From positions 67,208,001 through 67,272,000 of the forward strand of contig OX597825.1 in assembly GCA_951406725.2 (NCBI GenBank): DNA of 64,000 bases. Reading direction: 5' to 3'. The DNA is from Octopus vulgaris. Lineage: Eukaryota. The notes below the pieces were generated by a model. That model was not told the origin of the DNA, did not search any database, and worked only from the letters and a program-made list of their open reading frames with translations. Below, in pieces: positions 29,509 to 43,380 of this stretch (its first letter is position 1; each line of letters starts with the position of its first letter). A program made the position numbers and the translations under genes.

Positions 29509-31085
29509 TCTCTCTCCTCCCTCTCTCTCCCTCTCGCTCGGTCGCTACCCACGTGTAGAAAAAGCGATTTATATGGCCTTTTCTTTTACGATTTTGTAAA
29601 ATCCTCCATCTGTGAGTAATTAATCATCTCTTAGCCTCTGAGAGAATATTAGCTTTCCCTGATGGAATATTGCTAATTCTAGTATATTTTAAACCAGACA
29701 TAAATTTGATCTAAAAATAGCGAGCAAATCTCCTTCAAATCGCATCATCTCACACTGGGAAGAAAACATTGGATAATTAGTTACTATATGCAGTATGTCT
29801 GAACGAAATACGTGATTACAGATCTATTCAATCAACACTTATCATATACACCTCTGCCTTCTTCCGCATGGATTCTACGTTCCTTGTCGGATAATTTTGA
29901 TAAACTTCCTTTAATAAATATTCGTTATATAAAAAAAACTTACGTATACGTATTGCATTTAGCTTAGTTTTTTTTTTTTTTTTTAATGAACATAGGTGCT
30001 CCAGCATGGCCGCAGTCAAATGGCTGAAACAAGTAAAAGAATAAAAGAGTATTGATTATATTCGCTTTAAGCTACAGGAAGATCATTACTTTAAAACGTC
30101 TGTTTGTGCACGCTCTTGCAAATAAAAACAGTGAAATTATATTTTGCTTAGAACTAAATATTTACGTAATTTATGATGTTTTAGAAAAAGAGTTTAGCTT
30201 CCGACAGTGTAGGATCGTGACAAGTTTCCAAACACCGTTTAAAATATATTCAGCTCACATTCGCTGGCAACGTTGTTTAAAAAAACATATAAAAGAACCC
30301 GACTCAATTTCCGATCCGTGAAAAAGAGGAGCCTTTGTTTCTTATCGAGTGATGACCTAATTTACATAATTTATGGTAATAATGTGACGATCAGGAAGAA
30401 GACACTAAAAGAAGCTTGACTGATTATTTCAAGGATGCTGGTATGAGAATATGTCACTGACCGTAATCTCACAATTCCTCTGCAGGTCATCGGATAACGG
30501 ATGCTCAGAGAACAATTTGATTTTTCTCAACAATATAATTTAATACTGGTAGTAGGGAAAATATCTCCGTGCCTAGGGTAGATGTCACTGTTACTGCTAT
30601 CATTGGTTATGTTAATAAAATGGGTTACGGTGGATTAACGGATTCTATAGAGCGTTGTTCAAAATATATTCAGAGTTTACTCTCACCTGGGTTGACTTGG
30701 TGCTTTCTTAAAAATAAGGAGCTACTCAGAGACTGGTGATTGATTTAATATATCATACGCTATAAATTCTGATTTCAAATTCTGGCACAAGGCCAGAAAT
30801 TCTGGAGGAGTGGAGAAGTCGATTCCATCGACTTCCAGTTCTCAACAGGTACTTATTTTATTGAAAGGACGAAAGACAAAGTCGACATCGGCGGAATTTT
30901 AACTCAAATCATAAAGACTGACGAAAATGGCGCCAAACATTTTTTTCCCGGTGTGCTAACGATTCCTCCAACTCGCCGACTGATAGATATTAATCTGAAA
31001 TTTAAGCACAAGACTAGCACTTTCGAGGGAGGAGCTAAATCGATTATATCGACCTCTTTGTTCAACTGGTAATTTCTTTATGTGT

Positions 31086-31317
31086 AGGCGGCCAGGCGGC
31101 AGAAACGGTAGCACGCCGGGCGAAATGCTTAGCGGTATTTCGTCTGCCGCTACGTTCTGAGTTCAAATTCCGCCGAGGTCGACTTTGCCTTTCATCCTTT
31201 CGGGGTTGATTAAATAAGTACCAGTTACGCACTGGGGTCGATATAATCGACTTAATCCGTTTGCCTGTCCTTGTTTGTCCCCTCTGTGTTTAGCCCCTTG
31301 TGTGTAGTAAAGAAATA
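31086..31317 (+). mobile_element. Family D SINE, young, inserted antisense into older D copies (about 30775-31080)
   Basis: Full-length match; degenerate TSD GGTAATTTCTTTATGT / GGTATTTACTTTATGT. Confidence 0.9.
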
Positions 31318-32677
31318 GGTATTTACTTTATGTTAGCGAGTCCCGTTCGAACCACCAGAGTGTGGTTTTTCAATTTTGTTTTTCGTAATGGCTTTATGAA
31401 AGGTATGTCTAGTGTAAAGTTATAACGCTGCTCATGTTAGATTTAATAAAGATATCATATTGGGACTCTGTGATAAAAAGTAAAATGAGGCTCGGGAGCC
31501 AACCTGTTAATAACAAAACCAAACAAGGTTTTCGAAACACCTTAATATATTTATTTAAGACTCTGTACGTTCTGACTTCACAAATCTTAAAGTTCAGCTT
31601 TGCTTTTATCCTTACGCGACTGATAAAATAAATACGAAAGTACTTGTCAATGCGTTATATCAGTTATATATGAATACCGTAATGTATAGTTGTTGACCAG
31701 TGTTAGAACTTAATTTAATTAATAGTAAATGAGTAGGCAGCTTGTCTCACTGTCAGCTCGGAGGCAGACATTTTTATTCACATAGCTGCTGTATGCTATG
31801 ACGTCTTCCAAGAAATAAAATTGTGGTTCAGACTACATATTTCTGAAAACAATTTTGTCGTTTAATCCCATTTCAGATTCCATGTTGTTCAAATAAGATT
31901 GTCTACAATATTATCTAAATCATCCTTGCTGTTTGAAACAACAGGGAAATATTTAAGGGAGATTTAATTGATATTTTAACAGATCATTCATTTTGCTAGA
32001 GGCTTCTCTTGTATCTGATAGGATCTTACATAAGGTCACTTTATGACCCTAAGCAAATTATAATCTGCAAATGTTTACATAAAGTTAGTACAGTAATCTA
32101 CGAAAGAATCACATACTGAGCTTATCTTATAGAGGTAGATTTAACTGATTTCACTAACAGATTGATGTCCCGGGTAGAGGTTTCGCTTGTTGGGTGATAG
32201 ATGCCACACTTAAAAGTACTACATAAACGTAAAGAAACTGTAAACCATATACGAAGTGAACTTCAAGTGTTGAATTCTAATATCCGTAAAGGTCACAGTA
32301 AAAACATACGTACAGAGTTACATATAGATCATAATGTATTGAAAATATAGGAATACTTAGATTGACGTAACCGATTTTATCAGGTTGTCTCGTAGGCGAT
32401 ATTCTTTCACTAGCTGTAATTCATGGATTAAGAGTGAGTGTATCACAGTAATCAACTTACCGATGAACATTTTACTCAACAATGTTATATTCAATGAAAG
32501 CAAGCTGGTTTCTTTTTGAAGGAAACCTTTAATGACAGGTGTTTAATCCCATATGTCCTTTTGTTTATAAAACGCTAAATTGTGGTTGAGAGAGAGTTGT
32601 TTGTTGTTCTCAGTAGGTCGAACAATTGCGTAGCACTTCGTGACCAACAATGTTGTGTGTGTATATATATATATATA

Positions 32678-33052
32678 TATATGAAAAAACAAGTCAAGAT
32701 AGAAAATGCTAAAATAATTTTATAAAGAACATTTCAGTACCGGTTTCGGACATTTGAGACCTTTTCAACTGTAACGATTAAAAAATTAAATTTAGAAAAA
32801 TTAAAAGAAAAGTTTTTTTAAAAGAATATTTGTATAGTGTTCAATATGAACACTATATGAACACTATACAAATATTCTTTTAAAAAACCTTTTCTTTTAA
32901 TTTTTCTAAATTTAATTTTTAATTGTTACAGTTGAAAAGGGTTCAAATGACCGGAACCGGTACTGAAATATTCTTTATAAAATTATTTTAGCATTTTCTA
33001 TCTTGACTTGTTTTTTCATATATATCAACTCGTGTGTCCCTTTTCATCATTA
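32678..33052. mobile_element. Long palindromic element (arms of about 165 bp) with a hammerhead-like motif in each arm, between (TA)n tracts
   Basis: 32681-32843 is inverted at about 32858-33020; motif CAG-UUGAAAA-GGUC..GACC-GAAACCGGUA-CUG; single-arm copy at 40607-40810. Confidence 0.75.
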
Positions 33053-33062
33053 TACATACATA

Positions 33063-33104
<42 letters not shown>

Positions 33105-33107
<3 letters not shown>

Positions 33108-33345
33108 TTTTATTCTTTTAATTGTTCCAGTCATTTGACTGCGGGAATGCTGGAGCACCTTCTTAAAGTGTTTTAGTCGATGAAATGGAAATCCTGGACT
33201 TTGTAAGCCTATTACTTACTGTATCGGTCACTTTTGCCGAAGTGGGGACGTAAACACACCAGCATCGGTTGTCAAGCTTTCGTCGGCTCCAGATGTCATG
33301 CAATAGGACTGAACCCAGAATCATGTGGTTGGGAAATAAGCTTCT
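33105..33345 (-). mobile_element. Family B SINE, internally deleted
   Basis: Similarity to B copies; head interrupted by D SINEs. Confidence 0.75.
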
Positions 33346-33703
33346 TATTTCTTTATTGCCCACAAGGGGCTAAACATAGTGGGGACAAACAAGGATTAAG
33401 TCGATTACACTGACCCCAGTGTTTCACTGGTACTTAATTCATAGAGCCCGAAAGGATGAAAGGCAAAGTCGATTTCTTTACTACCCACAAGGGGCTAAAC
33501 ATAGAGGGGACAAACAAGGACAGACAAACGGATTAAGTCGATTACATCGACCCCAGTGTGTAACTGGTACTTATTTAATCGACCCCGAAAGGATGAAAGG
33601 CAAAGTCGACCTCGGCGGAATTTGAACTCAGAACGTAACGGCACACGAAATACCGATAAGCATTTCTCCCGGCGTGCTAATGATTCTGCCAGCTCACCGC
33701 CTT
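33346..33703 (-). mobile_element. Two tandem or nested family D SINEs
   Basis: Partial copy 33346-33472 joined to full copy 33473-33703. Confidence 0.88.
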
Positions 33704-34105
33704 CGTTGTAGTAGTAATAATAATAATGTTAATACAAGAAACTATAATGCGGTCTTAGTAGGGGGTGAAATATCACTTTAAATTCATACGATACATAGAA
33801 AGCGAAAGCAAAACAGAAACAAGAGAAGTCTGAATAGTATTAAGATATTAGAAATTGATATATAGAGCAGATTATGTATTTTCTTTCATGTGCAAAATGT
33901 CATGCATTGGTTAAATGAGAATCGACAATGTTAATCTCTAGATATTGCACCTCAATAAAGGGATTTAGCGAAATACAACTGCTATATCCCACATCGAATA
34001 TGTATATGAATACATATAGACATAGAATGATAAATTCATCCATATACATATATGTATATAGAAATACATGTATACGGATACACACACACATACACACACA
34101 CACAA

Positions 34106-34223
<118 letters not shown>

Positions 34224-35069
34224 GCACCAACACACACGCACGCACACATTCATATGTATGGAAGCGCAGGATATATACAGAGCGGAGACTGAGAACTTCA
34301 AGACAGTATTAACATTGGTAATGAGGGTAATCTTTGATCTATGAGGTGCCTAGGTGGCGCTCTTTACCTCCGGGTTCTCTTTACCCAATTGTATATTGTG
34401 CATATTCTCATTTACTTCTATTCGTCCTACCTTTGTTTAAACCCTCGAAACTCGTGAAATCTATTGCGATATCTGACGCCTTTAGAACTAAACAAAGATA
34501 GTGTTAATAACATTATTGAGTAAAATGCGTCATGATTCATCAAAACAATTTGAATTGAAGAAATAGAACAATAAAACAATTATATCCTGCAATCAAAAGA
34601 CACATTTGTCCAGTCCCAGGTAAAATCAAAACCTTTAGTGTCACCATTGTGATTTCATAAGAAAATCCATACATAGACTCATATTGCATTCAATCCACGA
34701 TTGAAAATAGATGCATCTTCTGCTTTTTAAATCCTTTCCCTCAAACACTCATAAGTCGAAATCGATAAGAGTCACCATCATTATCATCATCATCATCATC
34801 ATCATCATCATTATCATCACGATAATGATCATCATCATCATCGTCGTCGTTGTTGTCGTAGCCGTCGTCATGATCACGATCATCATCTTCATCATCATCA
34901 TCATTATTATTTTACCTCTCTGAACTCTCGGGCTTACCTTATCGTGGAAGACACTCGACACCCAAACACCAATCTCACAACAGAGCATTGTGTGTGTGTG
35001 TGTGTGTGTGTGTCTATGTGTGTGTGTGTGTCTACGACGTGTGTGTGTATGTGTAGATGTGTCCGCGTG

Positions 35070-35455
35070 TGAAAAGTACCGTCTGGACAGAGCACGGAAA
35101 CAGTAGAAACATGGGCCAGAGGGCGTCATTGTGAACAATGAATGTAAGATTCTGTGGGATTGTATAATCCAATGTGACTCCGTGAACGATACTCGGAGAC
35201 CAGACATTCCAGATAAACGAACAAGTGAACCAAGATCACATATTTGGGAGTGTATGTGCATGCATAGATGACAAAGAGCTCGAAATGGTGGGAAAAAAGA
35301 AGCTACTAAAATATGAAACTGCATGAATGTGGACAATGGGGAGAGTAACTGATATCCCACTAGTTGTAGGGGCACTCGATGGACGAACAACCAAGTTCGA
35401 GAAATATACCGGAGAAACTGGAATTGATATGAGGGCTGAGCAGAACTAAAAAACT
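35070..35455 (+). mobile_element. Decayed RLE-type LINE fragment
   Basis: PEGVIVNNECKILWDCIIQCD...RRPDI motif. Confidence 0.75.
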
Positions 35456-35589
35456 GTTGTTATTATTATTATTGAGTGAGTGAGCAGTGCATGTCATCAA
35501 AGTGACTCTGTGATAAAATATCCGAATTCCAGTATACCCATCATGACCACTCGACTGATAAGTGAACACCATGCATCACAACCATATAG

Positions 35590-36068
35590 AATAGATACTG
35601 TCTTGTGTAGGACATGGGCTGTTCGTTGCAGGCTATTTTTGTTTTGCTAGCGTGTAGTGTTAAGGACACAGGTATAGATTCTATGATTTTGTTCATATTT
35701 TTTATCATACCTAAAGCTCCAGTTATTACTGGTATTGTTTACACCTTCATGTCCCACATCGTAAATACCTCAATTTCGAAACCTTTGTAATTTGACAACG
35801 TCTCTACTTCTTTCCGGGAAATGTTTTGGTTAGAAGTGACTGCAATGCTTATCCGTAAGACCGATTTTTTTTTTTTTTTTGAATCCTTGATTATTATGTC
35901 TGAGGGGTTATCTTTAATTTCTTTGTCAATTGGAACAGGCATATCTCAGATGTTTGTGGCCTGGTCGCGGTCGTGTACCATGTTGAGGTCATGTTTATAC
36001 CATTTATTGTCAGTTTTGGCATATTGCAGTTTTGGCATATTGTCCAGTGGATATAAATACGTATTCGT
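35590..36068 (-). mobile_element. RLE-type LINE fragment
   Basis: YIHWTICQ, DKEIKDNPSDIIIKD, SIAVTSNQNISRKEVETLSNYKGFEIEV..MWDMKV. Confidence 0.8.
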
Positions 36069-36136
<68 letters not shown>

Positions 36137-36239
36137 ATTATCATTATCATTAATATCATTATCATTATTATCATTATTATTATTATCATTATTATTATTA
36201 TTAATATTATTATTATTATCATTATTATTATTATTATTA

Positions 36240-36279
<40 letters not shown>

Positions 36280-36281
36280 CA

Positions 36282-36312
<31 letters not shown>

Positions 36313-36314
36313 AA

Positions 36315-36378
<64 letters not shown>

Positions 36379-36411
36379 TATAATTATTATTATCATTATT
36401 ATTAGTATTAA

Positions 36412-36466
<55 letters not shown>

Positions 36467-36470
36467 GTTA
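36068..36470. repeat. (TAT)n/(CAT)n microsatellite, about 400 bp
   Basis: Seen directly. Confidence 0.95.
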
Positions 36471-36474
36471 TTCA

Positions 36475-36830
36475 GTAGTCTTATTTTGATCACGTTCTTT
36501 CACTGCACTACCGAGCGCAACTCTGTGTGCCTTGGGTATGTGCTATGGTTTGTTGTGATGTTCTTTTTTTTTTTACTGTATTGAAAGTGTTTTACGGAGG
36601 ATGTGTGTGGTGCGTAGTAATGCTATTTTCTGTATGTTATATACACTTGTTAGTCCTGGTATTTTTTAAAATTTTGTTATGTATTTGTCTGAATATTTTT
36701 TCATCATATCTAATGCACCTAATATTATTGGAATTGTTTCTGTTTTTAGACCCCACATTCTAGTCACTTCTATTTCTTTTAGAGAAACCTTGTCATCTGT
36801 TGATATTGCTACATCGATTAGAAAGCATTT
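36475..36830 (-). mobile_element. RLE-type (R4/Dong-like) LINE 3' end embedded in (TAA)n
   Basis: KCFLIDVAISTDDKVSLKE..EVTRMWGLKTETIPIILGAL; 3' UTR shared with 52322-52430. Confidence 0.85.
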
Positions 36831-36842
36831 GTTATTATTATT

Positions 36843-36915
<73 letters not shown>

Positions 36916-37226
36916 CTATTATTGTTGTTGTTATTATTATCATTATTATTATCACCATCATCATCATCATTTCTGTTTATCACAGGTTTTCTTGGAGCTC
37001 CTAGAATCTTACATGGGTAGCGGGCTTGCTACCTGCAGCCTACAGTACAATGCTATCCATTCTTTTCAGGTATATAATACTATTTATAAGAAAGAAGGTG
37101 TGAATATTTTTATACAGAAACTGGCCATTAAAACTGTTATGACATCCGGCGAAATATTTTGATAGTTAATAATAATACGTTATAATATTATGGCAAAAAC
37201 AGAAAGCTAATGTGTGTGTATTTGTG

Positions 37227-37262
<36 letters not shown>

Positions 37263-37264
<2 letters not shown>

Positions 37265-37465
37265 TTTTTACTTGTTTCAGTCATTTTGACTGCGGCCATG
37301 CTGGAGCACCGCCTTTAATCGAGCAACTCGACCCCGGAACTTATTCTTTGTAAGCCCAGTACTTATTCTATCGGCCTCTTTTTGCCGAACCGCAAAGTGA
37401 CGGGGACATAAACACACCAGCATCGGTTGTCAAGCAATGCTAGGGGGACAAACACAGACACACAA

Positions 37466-37528
<63 letters not shown>

Positions 37529-37695
37529 CACACGACAGGCTTCTTTCAGTTTCCGTCTACCAAATCCACTCACAAGGCATTGGTCGGCCCGGGGCTATAG
37601 CAGAAGACACTTGCCCAAGATGCCACGCAGTGAGAATGAACCCGGAACCATGTGGTTTGTTAGCAAGTTACTTACCAAACAGCCACTCCTGCGCC
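37263..37695 (-). mobile_element. Family B SINE, full length
   Basis: Near-identical to other B copies. Confidence 0.92.
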
Positions 37696-37708
37696 ATATA
37701 TATATATA

Positions 37709-37962
37709 CTTTACTTAAAGCAGCAGAAAATTCAACAAAATCTGTTACTCTGAGTTTCCCGTTGCCGTTCGTCGGATAGTTTTTGCTAGAATGGACAGTT
37801 TTTGCTAGAATTCTAGCAAAATCTGTCCGACGAACGACAACGGGAAACTCAGAGTAACAGATTTTGTTGAATTTTCTGCTGCTTTAAATAAAGCATATTA
37901 CTCTACCACTGGTATTTGAGTACTCTTTTTTCCACCTTGTTTCACATTTATGTGTTTACTCC

Positions 37963-37964
<2 letters not shown>
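37709..37964 (+). mobile_element. Inverted-repeat element with hammerhead-like motifs (37817-37866 on +, mirror on -), between (TA)n tracts
   Basis: Arms about 37709-37790 and 37810-37893; CAAAAUCUGU-CCGACGA-ACGACAACGG-GAAACUCAGAGUA-ACAGAUUUUG. Confidence 0.75.
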
Positions 37965-38013
<49 letters not shown>

Positions 38014-38479
38014 TGTATTGAGAGAGGGGGACAGAGAGAGTGAACAGTATATGTTTGAGTTAAATAGTCAACGTAGCACCACCGCACAAAGCAATATAGC
38101 TGCTAAAGTGTTTGTAAGTCTACATTGTTTCTCCACCAATAACTTTCGATCGATCAGAGACTTTAGCGTAATACCTATAGTTCAAGACAAATGGCCATAC
38201 GGTCAAACAGTACGTGTATCATTAATTGGAATTAACCGATCGATGCTGGAAAGAATTGGCTAAACTGATATTCTTTAGATTTCACTGTATATCTTGTAGA
38301 ATTTCGTGCGAAAAGTGTCGATAAAAATATATCCAAATCGCTGGAATTAAGAAGCTTAACTAGAAGAACGGAATGTTTTGAGATTTGGTTAACAGATTGA
38401 AGGGTGACATGACATAGAGATTTAGCGCTCTAGTATCTTATTGTTTGAATGATAGCAGCATATTATTTTTAACAGCATA

Positions 38480-38576
<97 letters not shown>

Positions 38577-38751
38577 GTGTGTGTGCATACGTAAAGAAAT
38601 ACAGACAGACAGACAGATTTGTACAATTTGAGATGTGGGGGAAAAATTGCATTTTCTGTCTCACCTGAGATTTATGGAAAGTTAGTAGCTCTTAGCTTCA
38701 TAACCCGGTCAGAATTTATGTACGGGTAAATATATATATATATATATACAT

Positions 38752-38834
<83 letters not shown>

Positions 38835-38914
38835 TATGTATGTATGTATGTATATATGTATGTATATATATACACACATATATATGTGTATTCAATTATA
38901 TATATATATATATA

Positions 38915-39055
38915 CACGACTAAACACATAAATGCAAAGCAATCTTGAAAAATAGTACTCGAATACCGCAGGTAGAGTAACATGTTTTTTCATTAAAGCT
39001 ACAAAACGTCAAAAATCTGTTACTCAGAGTTTCACGTTTCTGTTCATCGGACACT
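38915..39055 (-). mobile_element. Diverged second copy of the 37810-37964 hammerhead-like element
   Basis: UGU-CCGAUGA-ACAGAAACGU-GAAACUCUGAGUA-ACA, followed by the same 3' segment ending at (TA)n. Confidence 0.7.
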
Positions 39056-39554
39056 TGTGATCAAGACTTATACAACGGGGTTTGTTTGTGTCTGTTGTTA
39101 TTTCGCAGCACGTCCATGAACATTCCATATTGACTTAATGATAATTTTTATTTCTTTACGTAATTAGGAGTCGAGCAATTTTCTCCAGTGACGGAGAATT
39201 TTTTCGTGTGTTTGACTGACTCTACATTATTATTTGTATACTTGACAAGTCTTAATTTCGTTTCACTATTGCAATTTGTCTCTATCATTTTTGTTTCTCT
39301 TTCATCCTCTCCCTCTTTCTCTCTCCCTCTCTTTCTCAGACTCTCTGTGTGTCTCTGACTGTCTCTCCTTCCTCCTTCTCATTGAATCATCCACATAATA
39401 TGTTATTTCTCTTCTTTCTTTTATCTATATCTTGTACGCACACTTTTTCATCGCTCTCAACAGATTCTACCCCCGCTTCTTCCACTCATTTTCGAATTTT
39501 TTTTTCCTTACTGCACTTATCACACAGAAATTTCATAGCTTCACTCTCTCATTT

Positions 39555-39587
<33 letters not shown>

Positions 39588-39619
39588 CTCACATGCACAC
39601 ACACACTCCATCTCTGCCT

Positions 39620-39624
39620 CTATC

Positions 39625-39693
<69 letters not shown>

Positions 39694-39714
39694 TTATCTA
39701 CCTACCTACCTACA

Positions 39715-39787
<73 letters not shown>

Positions 39788-39788
39788 C

Positions 39789-39827
<39 letters not shown>

Positions 39828-39846
39828 CTATCTATCTATCTGTCTG

Positions 39847-39881
<35 letters not shown>

Positions 39882-39902
39882 CTCTCTCTATCTATCTGTC
39901 TG

Positions 39903-39945
<43 letters not shown>

Positions 39946-39970
39946 GTCTATATATCAATTTATCTATCTA
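39620..39970. repeat. (CTAT)n microsatellite
   Basis: Seen directly. Confidence 0.95.
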
Positions 39971-40267
39971 TTTCATTCTGTTATTCTTTCATCCATTCAC
40001 TACGAAAAATACCGAACGCTATTGCAGACCAGTGTATATTTGGTTGTTCTTGTTCTCATGTTTTCATCTCCTTTATCAGTTTATTTATATTTTTTTTTAC
40101 CCTAATTATAGTCTTGCTACTCCGTTAACCATTGGCTATTTGTTCTCATATACTCTCTATTATTCGGTCTATTCGTCTCTGTCTTTCTGTCTCTATTTCT
40201 CTGTCTCTCTCACTCTCTTCCTATGTATCGCTCTCTCCCTTTTTATCTCTGTCTCTCACCCTCTCTG

Positions 40268-40301
<34 letters not shown>

Positions 40302-40467
40302 TCTCTGTCTCTCTCTCTTTCTCTCTCTCTCTCTCATGCATGAACTCTCAGATCTCAGTGCAACTGTCTAATCTATTTTAATTTAGAACTTTTTTTCTCA
40401 TTCTGCGATTTCTGCCCAACACAATCACTGCTTCTTTTATTTTCTTGTAGCGTATACATAAATACAT

Positions 40468-40501
<34 letters not shown>

Positions 40502-40544
40502 GTATATATATGTACGTATGTATGTATATATGTATATATATGTG

Positions 40545-40606
<62 letters not shown>

Positions 40607-40607
<1 letters not shown>

Positions 40608-40870
40608 AAGGGTGAAAAGGAACACACGAGTTGATATATAGGAAAAAACAAGTAAAAAATAGAAAATGCTAAAATAATTTTATAGTAACATTTCAGTACC
40701 GGTTTCGGTCATTTTGAGACCTTTTCAACTGTAACGATTAAATAATTAAATTTAGAAAAATTAGAAGAAAAGTTTTTTTAAAAGAATATTTCTATAGTAG
40801 TGTTCAGATTTAGGTGGCATTCTGCCTTTCTCTGACTCCCTTGTTTGCACTTGTGTGTTCGAGGTAGTTG
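40607..40870 (-). mobile_element. Second copy of the 32.7-33.0 kb element (hammerhead-like motif 40694-40731)
   Basis: CAG-UUGAAAA-GGUC UCAAAAU GACC-GAAAC CG GUA-CUG; flanked by (TA)n. Confidence 0.75.
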
Positions 40871-40884
40871 TGTATATATATATT

Positions 40885-40928
<44 letters not shown>

Positions 40929-40935
40929 TATACCA

Positions 40936-40979
<44 letters not shown>

Positions 40980-40987
40980 GTATGAAT

Positions 40988-41031
<44 letters not shown>

Positions 41032-41419
41032 ATGCTTTCATTCTCACTCTTGCTTTCTCTCTCTCTCTCTCTGACTCTCTAAACATACACGTATACACAT
41101 ACACAACATACGCACACATATATTTGCCAACTAACTGCACCATTCTTGGAAGATTTCCGTAACATAGGGGTCCTAACCATGAAATATTACTATATATAAC
41201 AAAAGTATAAACCATTGGCTAGTATTGTTTCTAAATTGAAATTATTGTGACCCCCAAAATAATTAAATACTTGTATGTATGTATGTATGTATGTATGTAT
41301 GTGTGTATGTATGTATATATGTATGTATGTATACGTGCATGTATGTATGTATGTAAGTGTGTGTGTGTGTATGTAATCGTGCGTCTATGTATGTATCTAT
41401 GTATGTGTATGTGTGTATG

Positions 41420-41705
41420 TATTTAGATTTTATTGAAGTTTTCACTTCGACATTCCACCAGTACTCCTTTTTATATGAGTGGCTATGGTTTCTACCATAC
41501 CGTGGGTTCTTATTTATTTGTCCTTGGGATTACCCTTCGGACGGATTTCCTTATATAGTGTCCTTATTACAACATCATGTGTCATTGGTAGATAATCTCG
41601 TGATGACATTTCCGGACACCTGCTTATGATGTGGGTGATGTCTTCGTTGTTATTTAACATCATCAAACTCTGCATCAGTTGTCTCACTTAGCTGCTTTAC
41701 CTGCA
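41420..41705 (-). mobile_element. RLE-type LINE fragment (zinc-knuckle region) between (TATG)n arrays
   Basis: Minus translation EDITHIISRCPEMSSRDYLPMTHDVVIRTLY...KEYWWNVEVKT. Confidence 0.7.
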
Positions 41706-41843
41706 TGTATGTATGTACGTATGTATTTATGTATACGTCTGTATGTACTTATGTATGTGTGTATTTGTGTATGATTTCTTGATCACAACTTCCCGACGCA
41801 CAGTGCTATTTTTGCGATGTTTTTGTGATGTTTTTGCAGTAAG

Positions 41844-41849
<6 letters not shown>

Positions 41850-41877
<28 letters not shown>

Positions 41878-42470
41878 TGTATGTATGTATGTATGTATGT
41901 ATGTATGTATGTATGTATGTATGCATGTATGTATGTATGTATGTATGTATGTATGTATGTATGCATGCATGCATGCATGTGTGTATGTATGTATGTATGT
42001 ATGTATGCATGTATGTATGTATGTATGTATGTATGCATGTATATATGTATGTATGTATGCATGAATGTATGCATGTATATATGTATGTATGTATGTATGC
42101 ATGTATGTATGTATGTATGTATGTATGTATATATGTATGCATGTATGTATGTATGTATGTTTGTATGCATGTATGTATGTATGCATGTATATATGTATGC
42201 ATGTATGTATGTATGTATGTTTGTATGCATGTATGTATGTATGTATGCATGTATATATGTATGTATGTATGCATGAATGTATGCATGTATATATGTATGT
42301 ATGTATGCATGTATGTATGTATGTATGTATGTATATATGTATGCATGTATGTATGTATGTATGTATGTTTGTATGCATGCATGAATGTAAGCATGTATGT
42401 ATGTATGTATGTATGTATGTATGTATGTATGTATGCATGCATGCATTCATGTATGTATGTATGTATGTAT
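41850..42470. repeat. (TATG)n/(CATG) compound microsatellite, about 620 bp
   Basis: Seen directly. Confidence 0.95.
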
Positions 42471-42970
42471 GCAACCTAAAGACGAAATTTATCTTGCTAA
42501 TTTTCAACATTGCTTTCTCAAAGACATTTTTTTCCGAATGCTTTTTCCGAATATTTTTTGTTAATATTTTGTTTTTGTTTTTGTTTTTTCTTTTGTATTT
42601 TTCTTTTGTACGTTTGTTCAGTATTGTTTCTTGAAATAGAAAATTCGTTGTAAGAAGTTTTTTTAAAACTGATTAACAGAATGTGGCCAAGAGTGGGAAA
42701 CAATCATTGATTCTGTGAAAATTGTCTATGTCTGTATTCATTAGAACCGAATTCTTGTTCGCACACCCAATACATACGCACACACGTACATACATACGCA
42801 TATACAAGAATATATACACATAAACATACAGACATACACACATAAAAATACACACATATATATATATATATATGCATGTATATATATATATATATATATA
42901 TACATACACACACAGACACACACAAATATATGCGCATATATGTATGTGTGTTTATATAATGTGTGTATGT

Positions 42971-43380
42971 ATTCTTTTATTATTTTACTTGTTTCAGTCA
43001 TTTGACTGCGGCCATGCTGGAACACCGCACGACTTATTCGTTGTAAGACTAGTACTGATTATGTCGGTCTCTTTTGCCACACTGCCTGATTACAGGGGCG
43101 TAAACACACCAACATCGGTTGTCAAGTGATGATGGGTTCAAACACACACAACACACACAACACACATACACACATATACATATACATGCACACACACTTA
43201 CACACATATATATAGACTCACACGAGGGGCTTCTTTGAATTTCCGTCTACCAAATCTACTCACTAGGCTGTGGTCGGCCCGAGGCTCTAGCTTCTTACTG
43301 AAGCTGCCGTGCAATGGGAATGAACTCGGAACCATGTGATGTGGAAGTAAGCTTCTTACCACACAGCCACGCCTGCGCCT
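42971..43380 (-). mobile_element. Family B SINE, diverged
   Basis: Similarity to B copies. Confidence 0.82.
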
